A DNA stretch of 64,000 bases from an uncultured delta proteobacterium (GTDB taxonomy: Bacteria; Myxococcota_A; Polyangia; Palsa-1104). This document shows positions 47,950 through 59,000 of the stretch, one piece after another. Positions within the stretch are counted from its first letter, which is position 1. The number at the start of each line of letters is the position of its first letter. The position numbers and the translations under genes were made by a program. A model generated the notes under the pieces. It was not told where the DNA came from. It saw only the letters and a program-made list of their open reading frames with translations, and ran no database searches. Location of the stretch: contig CAWAWS010000033.1 in the NCBI GenBank assembly GCA_963785725.1, positions 64,001-128,000 on the forward strand, read 5' to 3'.

Positions 47950-49860
47950 ATGACGCGCGTCTCGAAGTTCGGATTCATGGTGCTGTGGGCGGTGGCAGGC
48001 TGCCATGCGCAGACCAGCAGCAACCCGCCGGTCGACTTCGGCAACGTCGTCGACCCGGGTCCGCCGATCGGGCCGCAGCCGCAGTTCGACGAGCCGGCGG
48101 TGACGTCGGCCAAAGCGCCGGCGCCGCTCATCGGCGGCACGGTGCTGATGCTGGCCGGCGGCACGACGGCGCTCGTCGCCGACCCCGACCGCGATCGCGT
48201 CAACATCGTCGACCTCGACAAGCAGGCCGTCCACTTTGCCATCGCGCTCAACGCCGGCGACGAGCCGGGCCGCGCGGTGCAAGACGCGGCCGGCCTCGTG
48301 CACGTCGCCGCCCGGCGCGGCGGCGCGCTCATCTCGATCGATCCCGTCGCCGGCACCATCACGACGCGGCGCGCGGTGTGCGCGGCGCCGCGCGGCGTCG
48401 CTTATGACGCGACTGCGAATTTGTTGCACGTCGCCTGCGCCGGCGGCGAGCTGGTCTCGCTGCCGGCGGGCGGCGGCGCGGCGGTGCGCACGGTGCAGCT
48501 CGAGCGCGACATCCGCGACGTCGTCGTCAGCAACGCGGGGCAGCTCATCGTCAGCACGTTCCGCACGGCGCAGCTGTTGATGCTCGCCGCCGATGGCTCG
48601 GTCGCGCAGCGCTTCGCCCTGCCCTCCAGCAACGACCCGTTCAGCGGACAGCCGTTCGCCGCCGCCGTCGCCTGGCGCATGCAGAAGCTGAGCGACGGCC
48701 GCATCCTCGTCACGCATCAGCTCGGCGCCGTCGGTGAGGTGCAGATCACGCAAGGCGGCTACGGCGGCGGCGGCGAAGGCTGCGGCAGCATCGTGCGCAC
48801 GTCGATGGCCGTGTTCGACCCGGCGACGCTGACGATGTCGGCGGCGTCGCCGCTGCCGGACGCCGTGCTCGCGGCCGACTTCAGCGTCGCGCCGCAGTCG
48901 CGTCAGCTCGCCGTGCTCAGCGCCGGCAACGCGCACACGCCCGGCCTCGACGCCGTGCCGACCTACCCGCTCGACGTCGTCGTCGGCCCGCCGGTCGCGC
49001 AACCGAGCGGCGACATGGCCGTCGGCGACATGGCCGACGCCGGCAGCGGCAACCCCGACCCCGGCGGCGGATTCACCGGCGGCTGCGGCATCACCGATGC
49101 CACGCCGGGCCACGCACCGGTGGCCGAGCCCATCGCCGTCGCATACGACCAGGCCGAGCATTTGTGGGTGCAAGAGCGTGAGCCGGCGCGGCTCGTGCGG
49201 CTCGACGGCCAAGCCACCATCACGCTCGCCACCGACTCGATGGCCGACACCGGCTGGGCCGTCTTCCACTCGAACTCGGGCGCCAACATCGCCTGCGCCA
49301 TGTGCCATCCCGAAGGCGGCGAGGACTCGCGCACCTGGAACTTCGCAGACGTCGGACCGCGCCGCACGCAGACGCTGCGCGGTCACGTCGGCGGCACCGA
49401 GCCGTTCCACTGGTCGGGCGACTTGCACGACTTCAGCGCCCTCGTCGGCGAGGTCTACATCAAGCGCATGTCGGGCCCGACGCTGCTCGGCGATCAGTCG
49501 TCGACGCTGTTCGCCTGGATCAACACCATTCCCGAGCTGCCGCAGTCGCCGCCCGCCGACTCCGCCGCCGCCGCCCGCGGCCAGACGCTGTTCAACGCGC
49601 CCGACGGCCCGCTCTGCTCCACCTGCCACATCGGCAGCCAGATGACGAACAACCTGACGCTCGACGTCGGCACCGGTGGCCAATTCCAGGTGCCGCGGCT
49701 CATCGGGGTCGCCTGGCGCTCGCCCTTCATGCACGACGGCTGCGCCGCGACGTTGGCCGATCGCTTCGGCGTCTGCGGCGGCGGCGACGCACACGGCGCG
49801 ACGTCCACGCTGTCGAGCGCGCAGATCTCCGATCTCGTCGCTTATCTGAACACGCTCTAA
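47950..49860 (+). CDS. Beta-propeller plus diheme cytochrome c (cytochrome c peroxidase-like) lipoprotein
   Basis: Lipobox VAGC; YVTN-like blades; CAMCH, RRTQTL, PFHWSG, CSTCH, VPRL, PFMHDG. Confidence 0.85.
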   Translation: MTRVSKFGFMVLWAVAGCHAQTSSNPPVDFGNVVDPGPPIGPQPQFDEPAVTSAKAPAPLIGGTVLMLAGGTTALVADPDRDRVNIVDLDKQAVHFAIALNAGDEPGRAVQDAAGLVHVAARRGGALISIDPVAGTITTRRAVCAAPRGVAYDATANLLHVACAGGELVSLPAGGGAAVRTVQLERDIRDVVVSNAGQLIVSTFRTAQLLMLAADGSVAQRFALPSSNDPFSGQPFAAAVAWRMQKLSDGRILVTHQLGAVGEVQITQGGYGGGGEGCGSIVRTSMAVFDPATLTMSAASPLPDAVLAADFSVAPQSRQLAVLSAGNAHTPGLDAVPTYPLDVVVGPPVAQPSGDMAVGDMADAGSGNPDPGGGFTGGCGITDATPGHAPVAEPIAVAYDQAEHLWVQEREPARLVRLDGQATITLATDSMADTGWAVFHSNSGANIACAMCHPEGGEDSRTWNFADVGPRRTQTLRGHVGGTEPFHWSGDLHDFSALVGEVYIKRMSGPTLLGDQSSTLFAWINTIPELPQSPPADSAAAARGQTLFNAPDGPLCSTCHIGSQMTNNLTLDVGTGGQFQVPRLIGVAWRSPFMHDGCAATLADRFGVCGGGDAHGATSTLSSAQISDLVAYLNTL

Positions 49861-49995
49861 GTCGCTGTCGCTCTCCTTTCGCCACTTCCTTTCGCGCGTT
49901 GCCGCGACCGACATAACGACAGACTGACATTGCCGGCCGGCGCCCCCGTCGCTGCGTCAGTTGCGTATTTTCGCCAGATCCTTTACTTGTGACCA

Positions 49996-50349
49996 ATGGC
50001 CAAGACCACGCCGCTGACGCTTCAAGAGCTCAAAGAGCTGCTGCCTCGATTGCAGGCCACGGTCGAGATCCTCGTCGGACAAGCCGGCGCCGGCCGCAGC
50101 AGTGGCGGCGAAGTGACCAAAGGCAAGCGCGGCCCTAAAGCGCGTAACGGCGAAGCGACACAGGAGCTGCAAGACAAGCTCGTCAAGACGCTCAAGGGGA
50201 ACCCCAAAGGGCTGTCGCTCGGTCAAGTGATCGACAAAGTGGGCGCCGATCGCAATGCCATCAAGTATCACTTGCGGCAGCTGCGGGCGCAGAAGAAGGC
50301 GCGCGTCGCCGGCGATCGCAAATTCGCCCGCTGGTACGCGCAGAAGTAA
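49996..50349 (+). CDS. Small basic winged-helix DNA-binding protein
   Basis: Lys/Arg-rich; C-terminal GLSLGQVIDKVG...IKYHLRQL...RVAGDRKFARWY. Confidence 0.7.
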   Translation: MAKTTPLTLQELKELLPRLQATVEILVGQAGAGRSSGGEVTKGKRGPKARNGEATQELQDKLVKTLKGNPKGLSLGQVIDKVGADRNAIKYHLRQLRAQKKARVAGDRKFARWYAQK

Positions 50350-50608
50350 CGCCGCCCGCTATCGCACCAGACTATCGAACCAAAGTAACGCTCGATAGGC
50401 GGATCTATGTGCGGCACGCTATGTCTCTCGATCGAGACATCCTTCAATCGCACGTGACTTAGAGCCGCACTGTCAACGATAGCCGCCTGATCCGCGCCGC
50501 GGCAGCTGGCTGTAAAAAGGCAGCCGAGGTCGCCTAGAATCCACCCATGAATGATGACAGGCGCAGAGCTCGCGACGCCGCGAGCCAGCCGGCAGGGCTG
50601 CGAAGCAG

Positions 50609-51118
50609 ATGATGGGTCCGCTCATCGCGTTCGCCGGATCGTGGACCGTCTTCTTCGGCGCCATCTATCAAGCGGCCTTGGAGATTCGAGAGCACGAGCT
50701 GACGCGGCGGCGCCTCGAGGCCATCGCCCTCGGTGTCGCCGCGCCGCCGCGCATTTCGCGCTGGTGGTGGCTCATTCCGCCGCTGCACGTCGTCCTCGCG
50801 CGTTTGCGGGCGCACAAGCTGCATCGCACCTTTGTCGCGGCCATCTCGCGCGACGACTACGCAATCCTGCTGGCGCTCGTCGCCAAGCTGCGCGGTTGGC
50901 TGTTCGTGGCGTCCGGGACGTACGCGCTGGCCGTCAAGGAGACGCTGGCATTCGCTCATGCCCCGCTCATCGTGTTGGGCGCCACGTGTGCCTGCGCGAT
51001 CGCGCTCGCGGCGTTCTTGTACGGCAGCCAACGCGCGCTCGAACGAAGGCGCGCCATGCCGAATCCGGCCCATGGCTCGGACCAGCAGCGCGCAACTGAG
51101 TCGGGAGAAACGGAATAG
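50609..51118 (+). CDS. Hypothetical membrane protein
   Basis: Several hydrophobic segments (GSWTVFFGAIYQAALE, WWWLIPPL, GWLFVASG). Confidence 0.65.
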   Translation: MMGPLIAFAGSWTVFFGAIYQAALEIREHELTRRRLEAIALGVAAPPRISRWWWLIPPLHVVLARLRAHKLHRTFVAAISRDDYAILLALVAKLRGWLFVASGTYALAVKETLAFAHAPLIVLGATCACAIALAAFLYGSQRALERRRAMPNPAHGSDQQRATESGETE

Positions 51119-51670
51119 CTACGGCGAGGGCGCGGGCGGATTCGGCGGCGGAACCGTCGGCTGCTCGCCGTCGGGCGGCATCGGCGCCGGCGTCGCGTCG
51201 TTGGTGTCGTGCTTGGCGCCGAAGAGGCTCATGCGCTCCTCGAGCTTCGTCAGCTTGACCCAGACGCCGTCGTTGCGAAACGTATAGGCCCGCGTGTGCA
51301 GCGGGAAATAGCCGTCGGCGCGCACGATCAGATCGACGGGCCCGCTGTCGCGCGGCCGCTCCAGCGTCACCGGCGTCGGCCCCAGCGGCTTCTTGCCCCA
51401 AAAGACGTTCGCTTTGGGCGGATTGGAGCGAATGACGATCTTGATCTTCTGCGGCCGCGGCTTCGGCGGCGCGACCGCCGTCCCCGGCGCCACCGTCCCG
51501 CCCGACGGCGCGACGATCGGCGTCGCCTCGGTCGCCTTCTGCGCCGCCGGCTCGGCCTCGACTTTGCCCGGCTGCGACGGCGGCGCCGTCTCCGCTTTGG
51601 GTGGCGTGCGCGAATGGCCGCAACCGATTACGAACGCGAATAACGATATGAATAACGCGCGTTTCATCAT
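51119..51670 (-). CDS. PEGA-like domain lipoprotein
   Basis: Lipobox VIGC; IRSNPPKANVFW...LGPTP...ADGY; overlaps the upstream gene stop. Confidence 0.75.
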   Translation of the reverse strand: MMKRALFISLFAFVIGCGHSRTPPKAETAPPSQPGKVEAEPAAQKATEATPIVAPSGGTVAPGTAVAPPKPRPQKIKIVIRSNPPKANVFWGKKPLGPTPVTLERPRDSGPVDLIVRADGYFPLHTRAYTFRNDGVWVKLTKLEERMSLFGAKHDTNDATPAPMPPDGEQPTVPPPNPPAPSP

Positions 51671-53670
51671 TCACCACCGGCGCGCGATTCGGGCGTGTCT
51701 TTCGGTGTCGGCGGCGGTCCCGGCGGATACTGCACGCCCGGCTTCGGCACATAGGTCGTGATCGGCTTCTTTACTTTGCCCGCGATATTGCCTTCGAGGA
51801 CCATGACCGGCAGCGGCGGATCCAAGCGATACCAGAAGCCGCGCGACGGCAAGCGCAGCTCGAACACATCGTCTTTGAGCAGGAACTGACGCGCGAAATC
51901 GAGCGGCTTATCGCCTTCGACGACGACCGGGCGATGGCGCAGCACGAACGAGAACATACGCACCGCCAAATGATTCATGAGGCGATGGCAGCCGTGCGAA
52001 TAGGCGTCGGGGTTGCGAATCGACAGAATCTCCGACGAGCCGTGCACGCGCACGCCGTTGTCCCAATCGGGCCGGCCGTTCTTTCCCGGCACGACGTTAT
52101 AAGCGGCGACGAGCCCATAAGCGGACAGATAGCCGGGACCGACTTCGTCGTAATTGACCACTTGCTGGGTCGTTCCGTGCACGCGCTTGTATTTCACCAG
52201 CGTACGAACCGGCGTGGAGTTGGGCGCGATCCACACCGGTCCCGAGACGATGTTGCGCCACACGCGCGGGCCGACGTCGGAGCCTTTGTAACGATAATAT
52301 TCGTAGCCATTCGACGCCAAATCGCTGCGCCAGCCGCCGATGGTCGTGCGCCAACGGACCAAAGGAATCCATTGTCCGTTGTACTTGACGCGCAATGTGA
52401 ATGACGGAAAGTGGTGGCGATTTTGCGGGACCGCTTTGCCCTTCTCGTCATAAAGCGGATCGTAAAAGACGTCGCCTCGATCGATGAGGACGTGCAGGTC
52501 CATATTGGGCGTGTAGTACTCGGGCGGCGGCGGCAGCTTGACGGCGACGCGCATGACTTTGAAGTCGTCGGCCGAATGGCGACCAAAGAACGCCAGCGCC
52601 TGCTCGGGCGTCTTGAGCTGCAGCTGATCGAGCGCCGCCTCCAGCGCTTCGGCGACGAGGTTGCGCAGCGGCACCTTTTGGCCGGCGCCGTTCGTGTACG
52701 TCGCCGGCCCGGCTTTGGTGTCGGTGCTGCCGTCTTCGAGGATGTCGCCGGCCGCGACCAGCCGCTCGGTCAAGACGCGCACGAACGCCGCATAATCATT
52801 CTCGAGCAGCGGCCGACCGAGCGCCGCCATCGTATCGGGACGCAGCGCCGCCGCGTCATACAGCATGTGCTTGTGCTGAAAGCGAATGACCGCCTCGCGC
52901 ATCGGATCGTCGAACTGCCCGACCACGTGCTTATCGTTGGGCCCGCCGAGGATGCCTTCGCAGGTCAAGCGCTTCTCGACTTCCGGGAACGAGCCGCGCT
53001 GCGCCGAATAGCGCTGCACCAACGCGACGTCTTTGGCCAGCTTCGGATCGCGCTCGACGAGCTGATCGAGCGACTCGACCTGCGCCTGCGCGCGCAAGTC
53101 TTCCAAGTGCTTCGCCGTGGCCGCGATCTTGGCGGCGAACTTCTGCTCGGCCTTGCTGGTGCGCGGCGGAATCGACGGCGCCGCCTTGAGCTTCGCGAAA
53201 TCGACGCCGGCGCAGCTCGCTTGCCGCGTCTGGTCGTCGACGAAGCGCGCGCGCAAGACCGACATCGTCGGCGGCACACCATAGAGCTCGAGATAGTTGT
53301 GATCGCCCTCGACGAGCGGCTGACCATCGCGATCGCCGAAATCGCCGGCCAAACCCAAGTAGACCTGACGATAACGATTGGCCATGACGTTGCCGCTCGG
53401 GTCGGTCACTTCTTGGAAGATGAACGGCGTCCATTCATCGCCGAAGTCGACGATCGTGTAGCCGGCGGCGACGGCGTCGTTGGTCGCGACCCAGCGCTCG
53501 GCGCCGTTGACGATGACGAGCGCGCGTTCGGCCGGCGGCAGCTCGGGATGCGCGGCCAGCCCATCGGCCGACGCCGCGCCATTACCCGCTATCGCCGCGC
53601 GCGGCTCACCATGCGCGCGACAAGAGCAGGCCAAGACAACCACTGCGAAAAGACGGGCCCATTGGGGCAT
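51667..53670 (-). CDS. L,D-transpeptidase (YkuD) family protein with a peptidoglycan-binding domain
   Basis: GQFDDPMREAVIRFQ PG-binding motif; RVHGS...SHGCHRL catalytic motif. Confidence 0.85.
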   Translation of the reverse strand: MPQWARLFAVVVLACSCRAHGEPRAAIAGNGAASADGLAAHPELPPAERALVIVNGAERWVATNDAVAAGYTIVDFGDEWTPFIFQEVTDPSGNVMANRYRQVYLGLAGDFGDRDGQPLVEGDHNYLELYGVPPTMSVLRARFVDDQTRQASCAGVDFAKLKAAPSIPPRTSKAEQKFAAKIAATAKHLEDLRAQAQVESLDQLVERDPKLAKDVALVQRYSAQRGSFPEVEKRLTCEGILGGPNDKHVVGQFDDPMREAVIRFQHKHMLYDAAALRPDTMAALGRPLLENDYAAFVRVLTERLVAAGDILEDGSTDTKAGPATYTNGAGQKVPLRNLVAEALEAALDQLQLKTPEQALAFFGRHSADDFKVMRVAVKLPPPPEYYTPNMDLHVLIDRGDVFYDPLYDEKGKAVPQNRHHFPSFTLRVKYNGQWIPLVRWRTTIGGWRSDLASNGYEYYRYKGSDVGPRVWRNIVSGPVWIAPNSTPVRTLVKYKRVHGTTQQVVNYDEVGPGYLSAYGLVAAYNVVPGKNGRPDWDNGVRVHGSSEILSIRNPDAYSHGCHRLMNHLAVRMFSFVLRHRPVVVEGDKPLDFARQFLLKDDVFELRLPSRGFWYRLDPPLPVMVLEGNIAGKVKKPITTYVPKPGVQYPPGPPPTPKDTPESRAGGE

Positions 53671-53839
53671 ACCCCTGTTTTACTCGATCCCAAGACGAAT
53701 CTCCCTCTCTTAAGAATCGAAAGGCCGACCTCACCGCGGCGACTGCTGTCGCCGCGACTGTCGCCAATAGCTCGATGGTGCGGATTCGAGCAGCTGCTTC
53801 ACGTGAGATGCGACTGACCGCGCACCGAAACTATCGCGA

Positions 53840-54712
53840 CTAAGATTTGGCGTTGGCGACGAGGGCGCGGACGTAGCGCGCGGGCGACGCCGGATCGGCC
53901 GGCAAGTACAAGTAGGGCTCGATCACTTCGACTTCCATGAGCAGCAGCTGATCGCCGCGACGAATGCCGTCGATGCGCGCGTAGAGCGGCGTAACCGGCA
54001 GCGCGGCCAGGACGGCGTCGGCTTGCGCGCGCAGGTGCGGCGGCGCGGTCACGGCGCGGAAGGTGCCGCCGAACTTCGGCTGCACGCGAAAGTCGCGCGC
54101 CGCCGGCGTCTTGACGACGACGTGGCTGAATTCGCCGCCGAAGAACAGGAACGACCACTCGCCTTCGTCGACGATCTCGCGCGCGAACGGCTGCACGAGC
54201 GCGCCGCCGGCGGGAATGATCGCGTCCAAGTCGGCCTGCAGCGACGGCGCGTCGGCGGCGGCGAAGCGATGGGTGCGCCACGACCCGCCGGAGATCGCCG
54301 GCTTCAAGATGGCGTCCGACCAGCCGGCGTCGGCGACGAGCGCGGCCAGCGACGCCGGCGCGTCGACGTAACGCGTGGGCACGACGGCCACGCCGCGCGC
54401 GGCCAGCTCGGCCAAGTAGTGCTTGTCGAGGTTCCAGCGCACCAGCGACGCCGGATTCCACAAGGGCACGCGCGCGGCCTGCAAGCGGTCGAGCCAGGCG
54501 CGAAACTCGGCGATGCGCGTGAAGTAGTCCCAGGTCGAGCGGATGATGACGCGATCGAAGCGCGCCCAGTCGACGGCCGGATCGCTCCAGATGACCGGCT
54601 CGGCGTCGACGCCGGCGGCGGCCAGCTGCGCCGGCAGCTGCTGCTCGTCGTCGAAGAGCGCGGGAAATTCGCTGCTGGTGCACAGCGCGAGACGGGGCCG
54701 ATCGGTCGCCAT
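53840..54712 (-). CDS. ATP-grasp ligase (RimK/glutathione synthetase-like)
   Basis: IRSTWDY, WNLDKHYL, LKPAISGGS, LVQPF, GEWS, YARID, MEVEVIEP. Confidence 0.85.
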   Translation of the reverse strand: MATDRPRLALCTSSEFPALFDDEQQLPAQLAAAGVDAEPVIWSDPAVDWARFDRVIIRSTWDYFTRIAEFRAWLDRLQAARVPLWNPASLVRWNLDKHYLAELAARGVAVVPTRYVDAPASLAALVADAGWSDAILKPAISGGSWRTHRFAAADAPSLQADLDAIIPAGGALVQPFAREIVDEGEWSFLFFGGEFSHVVVKTPAARDFRVQPKFGGTFRAVTAPPHLRAQADAVLAALPVTPLYARIDGIRRGDQLLLMEVEVIEPYLYLPADPASPARYVRALVANAKS

Positions 54713-54790
54713 AATTATCTCCTCATCGCGATACGAAGATGACATTACCGAGAGGCGACGGCGCTGTCAATGTTGCGCTAGGTTGTCGTC

Positions 54791-55270
54791 ATGCGATCGC
54801 GACACTGGCGCGTCAAGACGTTCGACGAGCTGACGACGCGCGAGCTCTATGCGCTCATGCGGCTGCGGCAGGAGGTGTTCGTCGTCGAGCAGCGCTGCGC
54901 CTACCTCGACGCCGATGGGCTCGACCCGCAGGCGCGCCACCTGTTCGCGATCGAAGGCGAAGGCGACGGCGAGGCGCAAGGCGACGGCGAGCTGCGGCTC
55001 GGCGCCTGCGCGCGGCTGTTCGCGCCCGGCGTGCGCGGCGCCGAAGCCGTCATCGGGCGCGTCGTCTCGGCGCCGGCGCTGCGCAAAAGCGGCGTCGGTC
55101 GCGAGCTCATGACGCGCGCCATCGCCGCCTGCGGGGACGACGCGCCCATCCGCATCGGCGCGCAGCAGTACCTCGAGCGCTTCTACCGCAGCTTCGGCTT
55201 CGAACGCGCCGGCGACGACTATCTCGAGGACGACATTCCGCATCTGCCCATGCTGCGGCGTCCTAAATGA
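54791..55270 (+). CDS. elaA: GNAT N-acetyltransferase, ElaA family
   Basis: FDELTTRELYALMRLRQEVFVVEQRCAYLDADG, IGRVV, GAQQYLERFY, YLEDDIPH. Confidence 0.9.
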   Translation: MRSRHWRVKTFDELTTRELYALMRLRQEVFVVEQRCAYLDADGLDPQARHLFAIEGEGDGEAQGDGELRLGACARLFAPGVRGAEAVIGRVVSAPALRKSGVGRELMTRAIAACGDDAPIRIGAQQYLERFYRSFGFERAGDDYLEDDIPHLPMLRRPK

Positions 55271-55499
55271 CCCAGCGCTGCGCGATCGAGCGCGCACAGC
55301 GCCCTCGGTCGATCGAGGCTAAATCGGCGTCAAGGCGGCGCTGCCAACGGCGGTGCAACCTCGCGCGCGCGGATTTTGGGGACGATGTCGCACGGGGGCT
55401 GACACCCTCATTCGGGGCGAATACCCCCGCCGTGCGCGCAATAATCGCCTGAAATCATGAGCAGCGAAGCTGGCCCCGCTTTTGATTATACGGTCAGCC

Positions 55500-56015
55500 A
55501 TGAAGCTCGATACGCGCACGGTGATCCACCTGGAGTACGCCATTCGCATCAAAGGCGGCGATGTCATCGAATCGTCGGTCGAGCGCGGACCTCTCGTGTT
55601 CGTCCCCGGCCGCCGTCGGCTCTTGCCGGCGCTGGAGAAGGTCATCGCCAAGATGGAAGTCGGCGAGACGCAGCGCGGCGAGCTGAGCGCGACCGAGGCG
55701 TTCGGCGACGAGTCGCTCTTGCCGCTGCGCGAGATTCCCAAGGCCGAGTTCTCGTCCGACGAGGCGCCCGAGCCGGGCCGCATTTACGAGGCGCGCTCGA
55801 CGGGCGAAGGCAAGCCGCTGCGCTTCAAGATCCAAGCGGTCGAAGGCGAGACGGTCACTGTCCGCTTCCTGCATCCGCTGAGCGACAAGGCGATCGAGTT
55901 CCACCTGCGCCTCTTGCGCGTCGAGTCGCTCGATCCGCCGCCGCCGCCGGCGCGCGCGTTCGGCATCGAGTCGGCGGCGATTCAGCTGCACGAGTCAAGC
56001 GCCATCCAGCTGTAA
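55500..56015 (+). CDS. FKBP-type peptidyl-prolyl isomerase, SlyD-like
   Basis: VIESS...PLVFVPG...LLPALE...EAFG...HPLSDKAIEF; no His-rich tail. Confidence 0.85.
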   Translation: MKLDTRTVIHLEYAIRIKGGDVIESSVERGPLVFVPGRRRLLPALEKVIAKMEVGETQRGELSATEAFGDESLLPLREIPKAEFSSDEAPEPGRIYEARSTGEGKPLRFKIQAVEGETVTVRFLHPLSDKAIEFHLRLLRVESLDPPPPPARAFGIESAAIQLHESSAIQL

Positions 56016-56064
56016 CCATTCGTCTCTGCCGATTTTGCGGGTCGCGCCGTGGTAACATGCGGGC

Positions 56065-59000
56065 GTGGCATCGTCTGACTCGGGCGGCGACGATGGTGGT
56101 TCCGGCGGCGACGATCACCGCCGCGACGTCGGCGTCGCCGAGACGATGCAGTCGGGCGAGCGGCCGATTCCGCGCGCGCCGTCGCTGCTCACCATCGAGA
56201 CCGAGCGCTATCAGATCGTGCAGCTGCTCGGGCGCGGCGGCATGGGCGAGGTGCACAAAGCGTTCGACCCGCGCCTAGGCCGCTTCATCGCGCTCAAGGT
56301 CATGCGCCAAGCGAGCCCGGAGCTGGCGGCGCGGCTGGTCTACGAAGCGCGCGCGCAGGCTCGCGTCGACCACGAGCACGTCTGCAAAGTCTACGGCGTC
56401 GGCGAATTGGGCGGCTTGCCGTTCATCGCGCTGCAGTTCATCGACGGGCCGACGCTGCGGCAGCTGGCGCCCAAGCTGACGCGCGAGCAGAAGATCGCCA
56501 TCATGCGCGACGTCGCCGACGCGCTGCACGCCGCGCATCGCCAGGGGCTCGTCCATCGCGACGTCAAGCCCGGCAACGTGCTCGTCGAGAAGGGCGAGGA
56601 CGGCTTCAAGGCCTACGTCACCGACTTCGGCATCGCGCGCGAGGTCGACGGGCCGGGCGTGACCAAGACCGGCGTCGCGCAAGGCACGCCGCTATACATG
56701 GCGCCCGAGCAGGCGCGCGGCGAGGCGCAGAAGATCGATCGCCGCACCGACGTCTACGGCCTGGGCGCGACGCTGTATGACCTCTTGTCGGGCCGGCCGC
56801 CGTTCCAAGGCGACACGTCGCTCGGCGTCATGTTGAAGGTCCTGCACGACGATCCGCAGCCGCTGCGCACGATCGATCCCTCGATCCCCGTCGATCTCGA
56901 GACGATCACGATGAAGTGTCTGGAGAAAGATCCGGTGCGCCGCTACGACTCGGCGCGCGCGCTGGCGCAAGATCTCCAGGCCTGGCTCGACGGCGATCCG
57001 ATCGCGGCGCGGCGCGGCGGTTTCGGGTATCGGCTGGCCAAGCGCGCGCGCAAGAACTTGGCGGCCGTCGTCTCGGCGGCGATCGTCGTCGTGGCAGCGG
57101 TCGTGCTCGGCGGCTACGCGTGGCGCGAGCGGCGCACGGCGGACACGCGCGCGGCGTTGGCGCACGAGTTCGGTCAGGACGTCGAGCGCAACGACGCCAT
57201 CGCGCGCTACGCGTCGCTCTTGCCGCTGCACGACACGCGACGCGAACGGGCGATGATCGAAGCGCGCATGGCGAAGCTGACCGAGCGCATGGCCGAGCTC
57301 GGCTCGCTGGCCGAAGGTCCCGGCCGCTACGCGCTCGGTCGCGGCTGGCTGACGCTCGAGAAGCCCGACGACGCGCGCCGCGAGCTCGAGCGCGCCTGGC
57401 AGCTCGGCTACCGCGCGCCCGAAGTCTCGTACGCGCTCGGTCTGGCGCTGAGCCAGCAGTATCTGCACGCGCTCGCCGAGAGCGCGGCCGACGCCAGCGA
57501 CAAGCAGGAGCTCATCGCGCGCCGCGCCGAGCTCGAGCGCCGCTTTCGCGCGCCGGCGCTGGCCTATCTCAAGAGCGCGGTCGGCTTGCAGCTGGAGGCG
57601 CCGGAATATGCCGAAGGGCTCATCGCGCTGCACGAGCACAGCTACACGTTGGCGCTCGACAAGGCGCGGGCGGCGCAGGCGCGCGTGCCGTGGATGTTCG
57701 AAGCGCACACGCTCGAAGGCGACATTCGGCTGACGCTGGCCAAGGACGATTGGTCGCGCGGCGAGCCGGCGCAGGCCTTGGCCGAGCTCGAGCGCGCCGG
57801 CCTCGCCTATCGCACGGCCAGCGACATGGCGCACTCCAACGCCAGCGCGCTGCACGGCAGCTGCTTACGCTGGGCGCTCGCCGCCGAAATCGCGTCGCAT
57901 CGCGATCAGTCGCCCAAGGCCGCCACCGACGGCGCGCTCGCCGCCTGCGGCCAGGCGCTGCAAGCGTGGCCCGACGACGTCGCGCTCTACACCGATCAGG
58001 TCGAAGCGCTCTTGTCGCTGGCCCGTTACGACGCGACCCACAACGGCGATCCGATTCACGACTGGGATCGCGCCGATCAACTGGCCGGTGAAGCGCTGCG
58101 CCTCGACGCCAAGGACGTGCCGTCGCGGGTGGCGTTGGCGGCGATCGAAGACGCGCGCGCCGCCTGGGAGCTCGACCACGGCGGCGATCCGCGGCCGCGC
58201 ATCGAGCGCGCGATCGGCGCCATCGCCGAAGCCCTAGCCCGCGACCCGCGCAGCTACGACGCGCGGCTCCTCCAGTCGCACGTCTACATGGTGCGCGGCG
58301 ATTGGGAAGGCGGCCACGGCCTCGATCCACGCCGCTCGTACGAGACGTCGGCCGAGAGCGGCATGCAGGCGCGCGCGCTGTCGGCCGACGGCTGGCGCAC
58401 CTTCGCCGCCGTCGGCATGGCCGCCTTGTCGAAGGGCATGTGGGAGCTGGCCAACGGCGTCGACCCGCAGCCGAGCCTCGAGCAGGCGGTGCAGAGCTAC
58501 GGCATGGCGGCGCAGAAGAATCCCAACGTCGACTACGGCTACCTCAACGAATGCGCGGCCTGGCTGACGCTGGGCGAATATCAGCACCTGCGCAACGTCG
58601 ATCCGTTGCCGTCGTTCGACCGCGCCATCGCCGCCTGCGGACGCTCGGCGGCGGTCGATCCCGACTTCGCCGGCACGCACTACAACCTCGGCTACGCGCA
58701 CCTCGACCGCGCGTTGTGGCTGCGCGATCAAGGCCTCGATCCGACGCCCGATCTGACCAGCGCCGAAGGGTTCATGCGGCGGGCGCTGGCCGTCGAGCAC
58801 GAGTACACGCCGGCGTTCGCGTCGCGGGGCGAGATCGAGATGACGGCGGCGCGCTGGGCGGCCGATCACAACCGCACGCCGGCGGCGCATTTCTTGGCCG
58901 CGCGCGCCGCCATCGAGCACGCGCTCGAGCTCAACGGCAGCGATCCCGACACGCAGCGCGAGCTGGCCGAGCTCTATCGCCGGCAGGCCGAGTGGCACGC

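Noticed and set aside
53840..55270. ATP-grasp plus GNAT as a RiPP (graspetide) cluster
   Set aside because: The genes are divergent, both are common stand-alone families, and no precursor peptide is evident.
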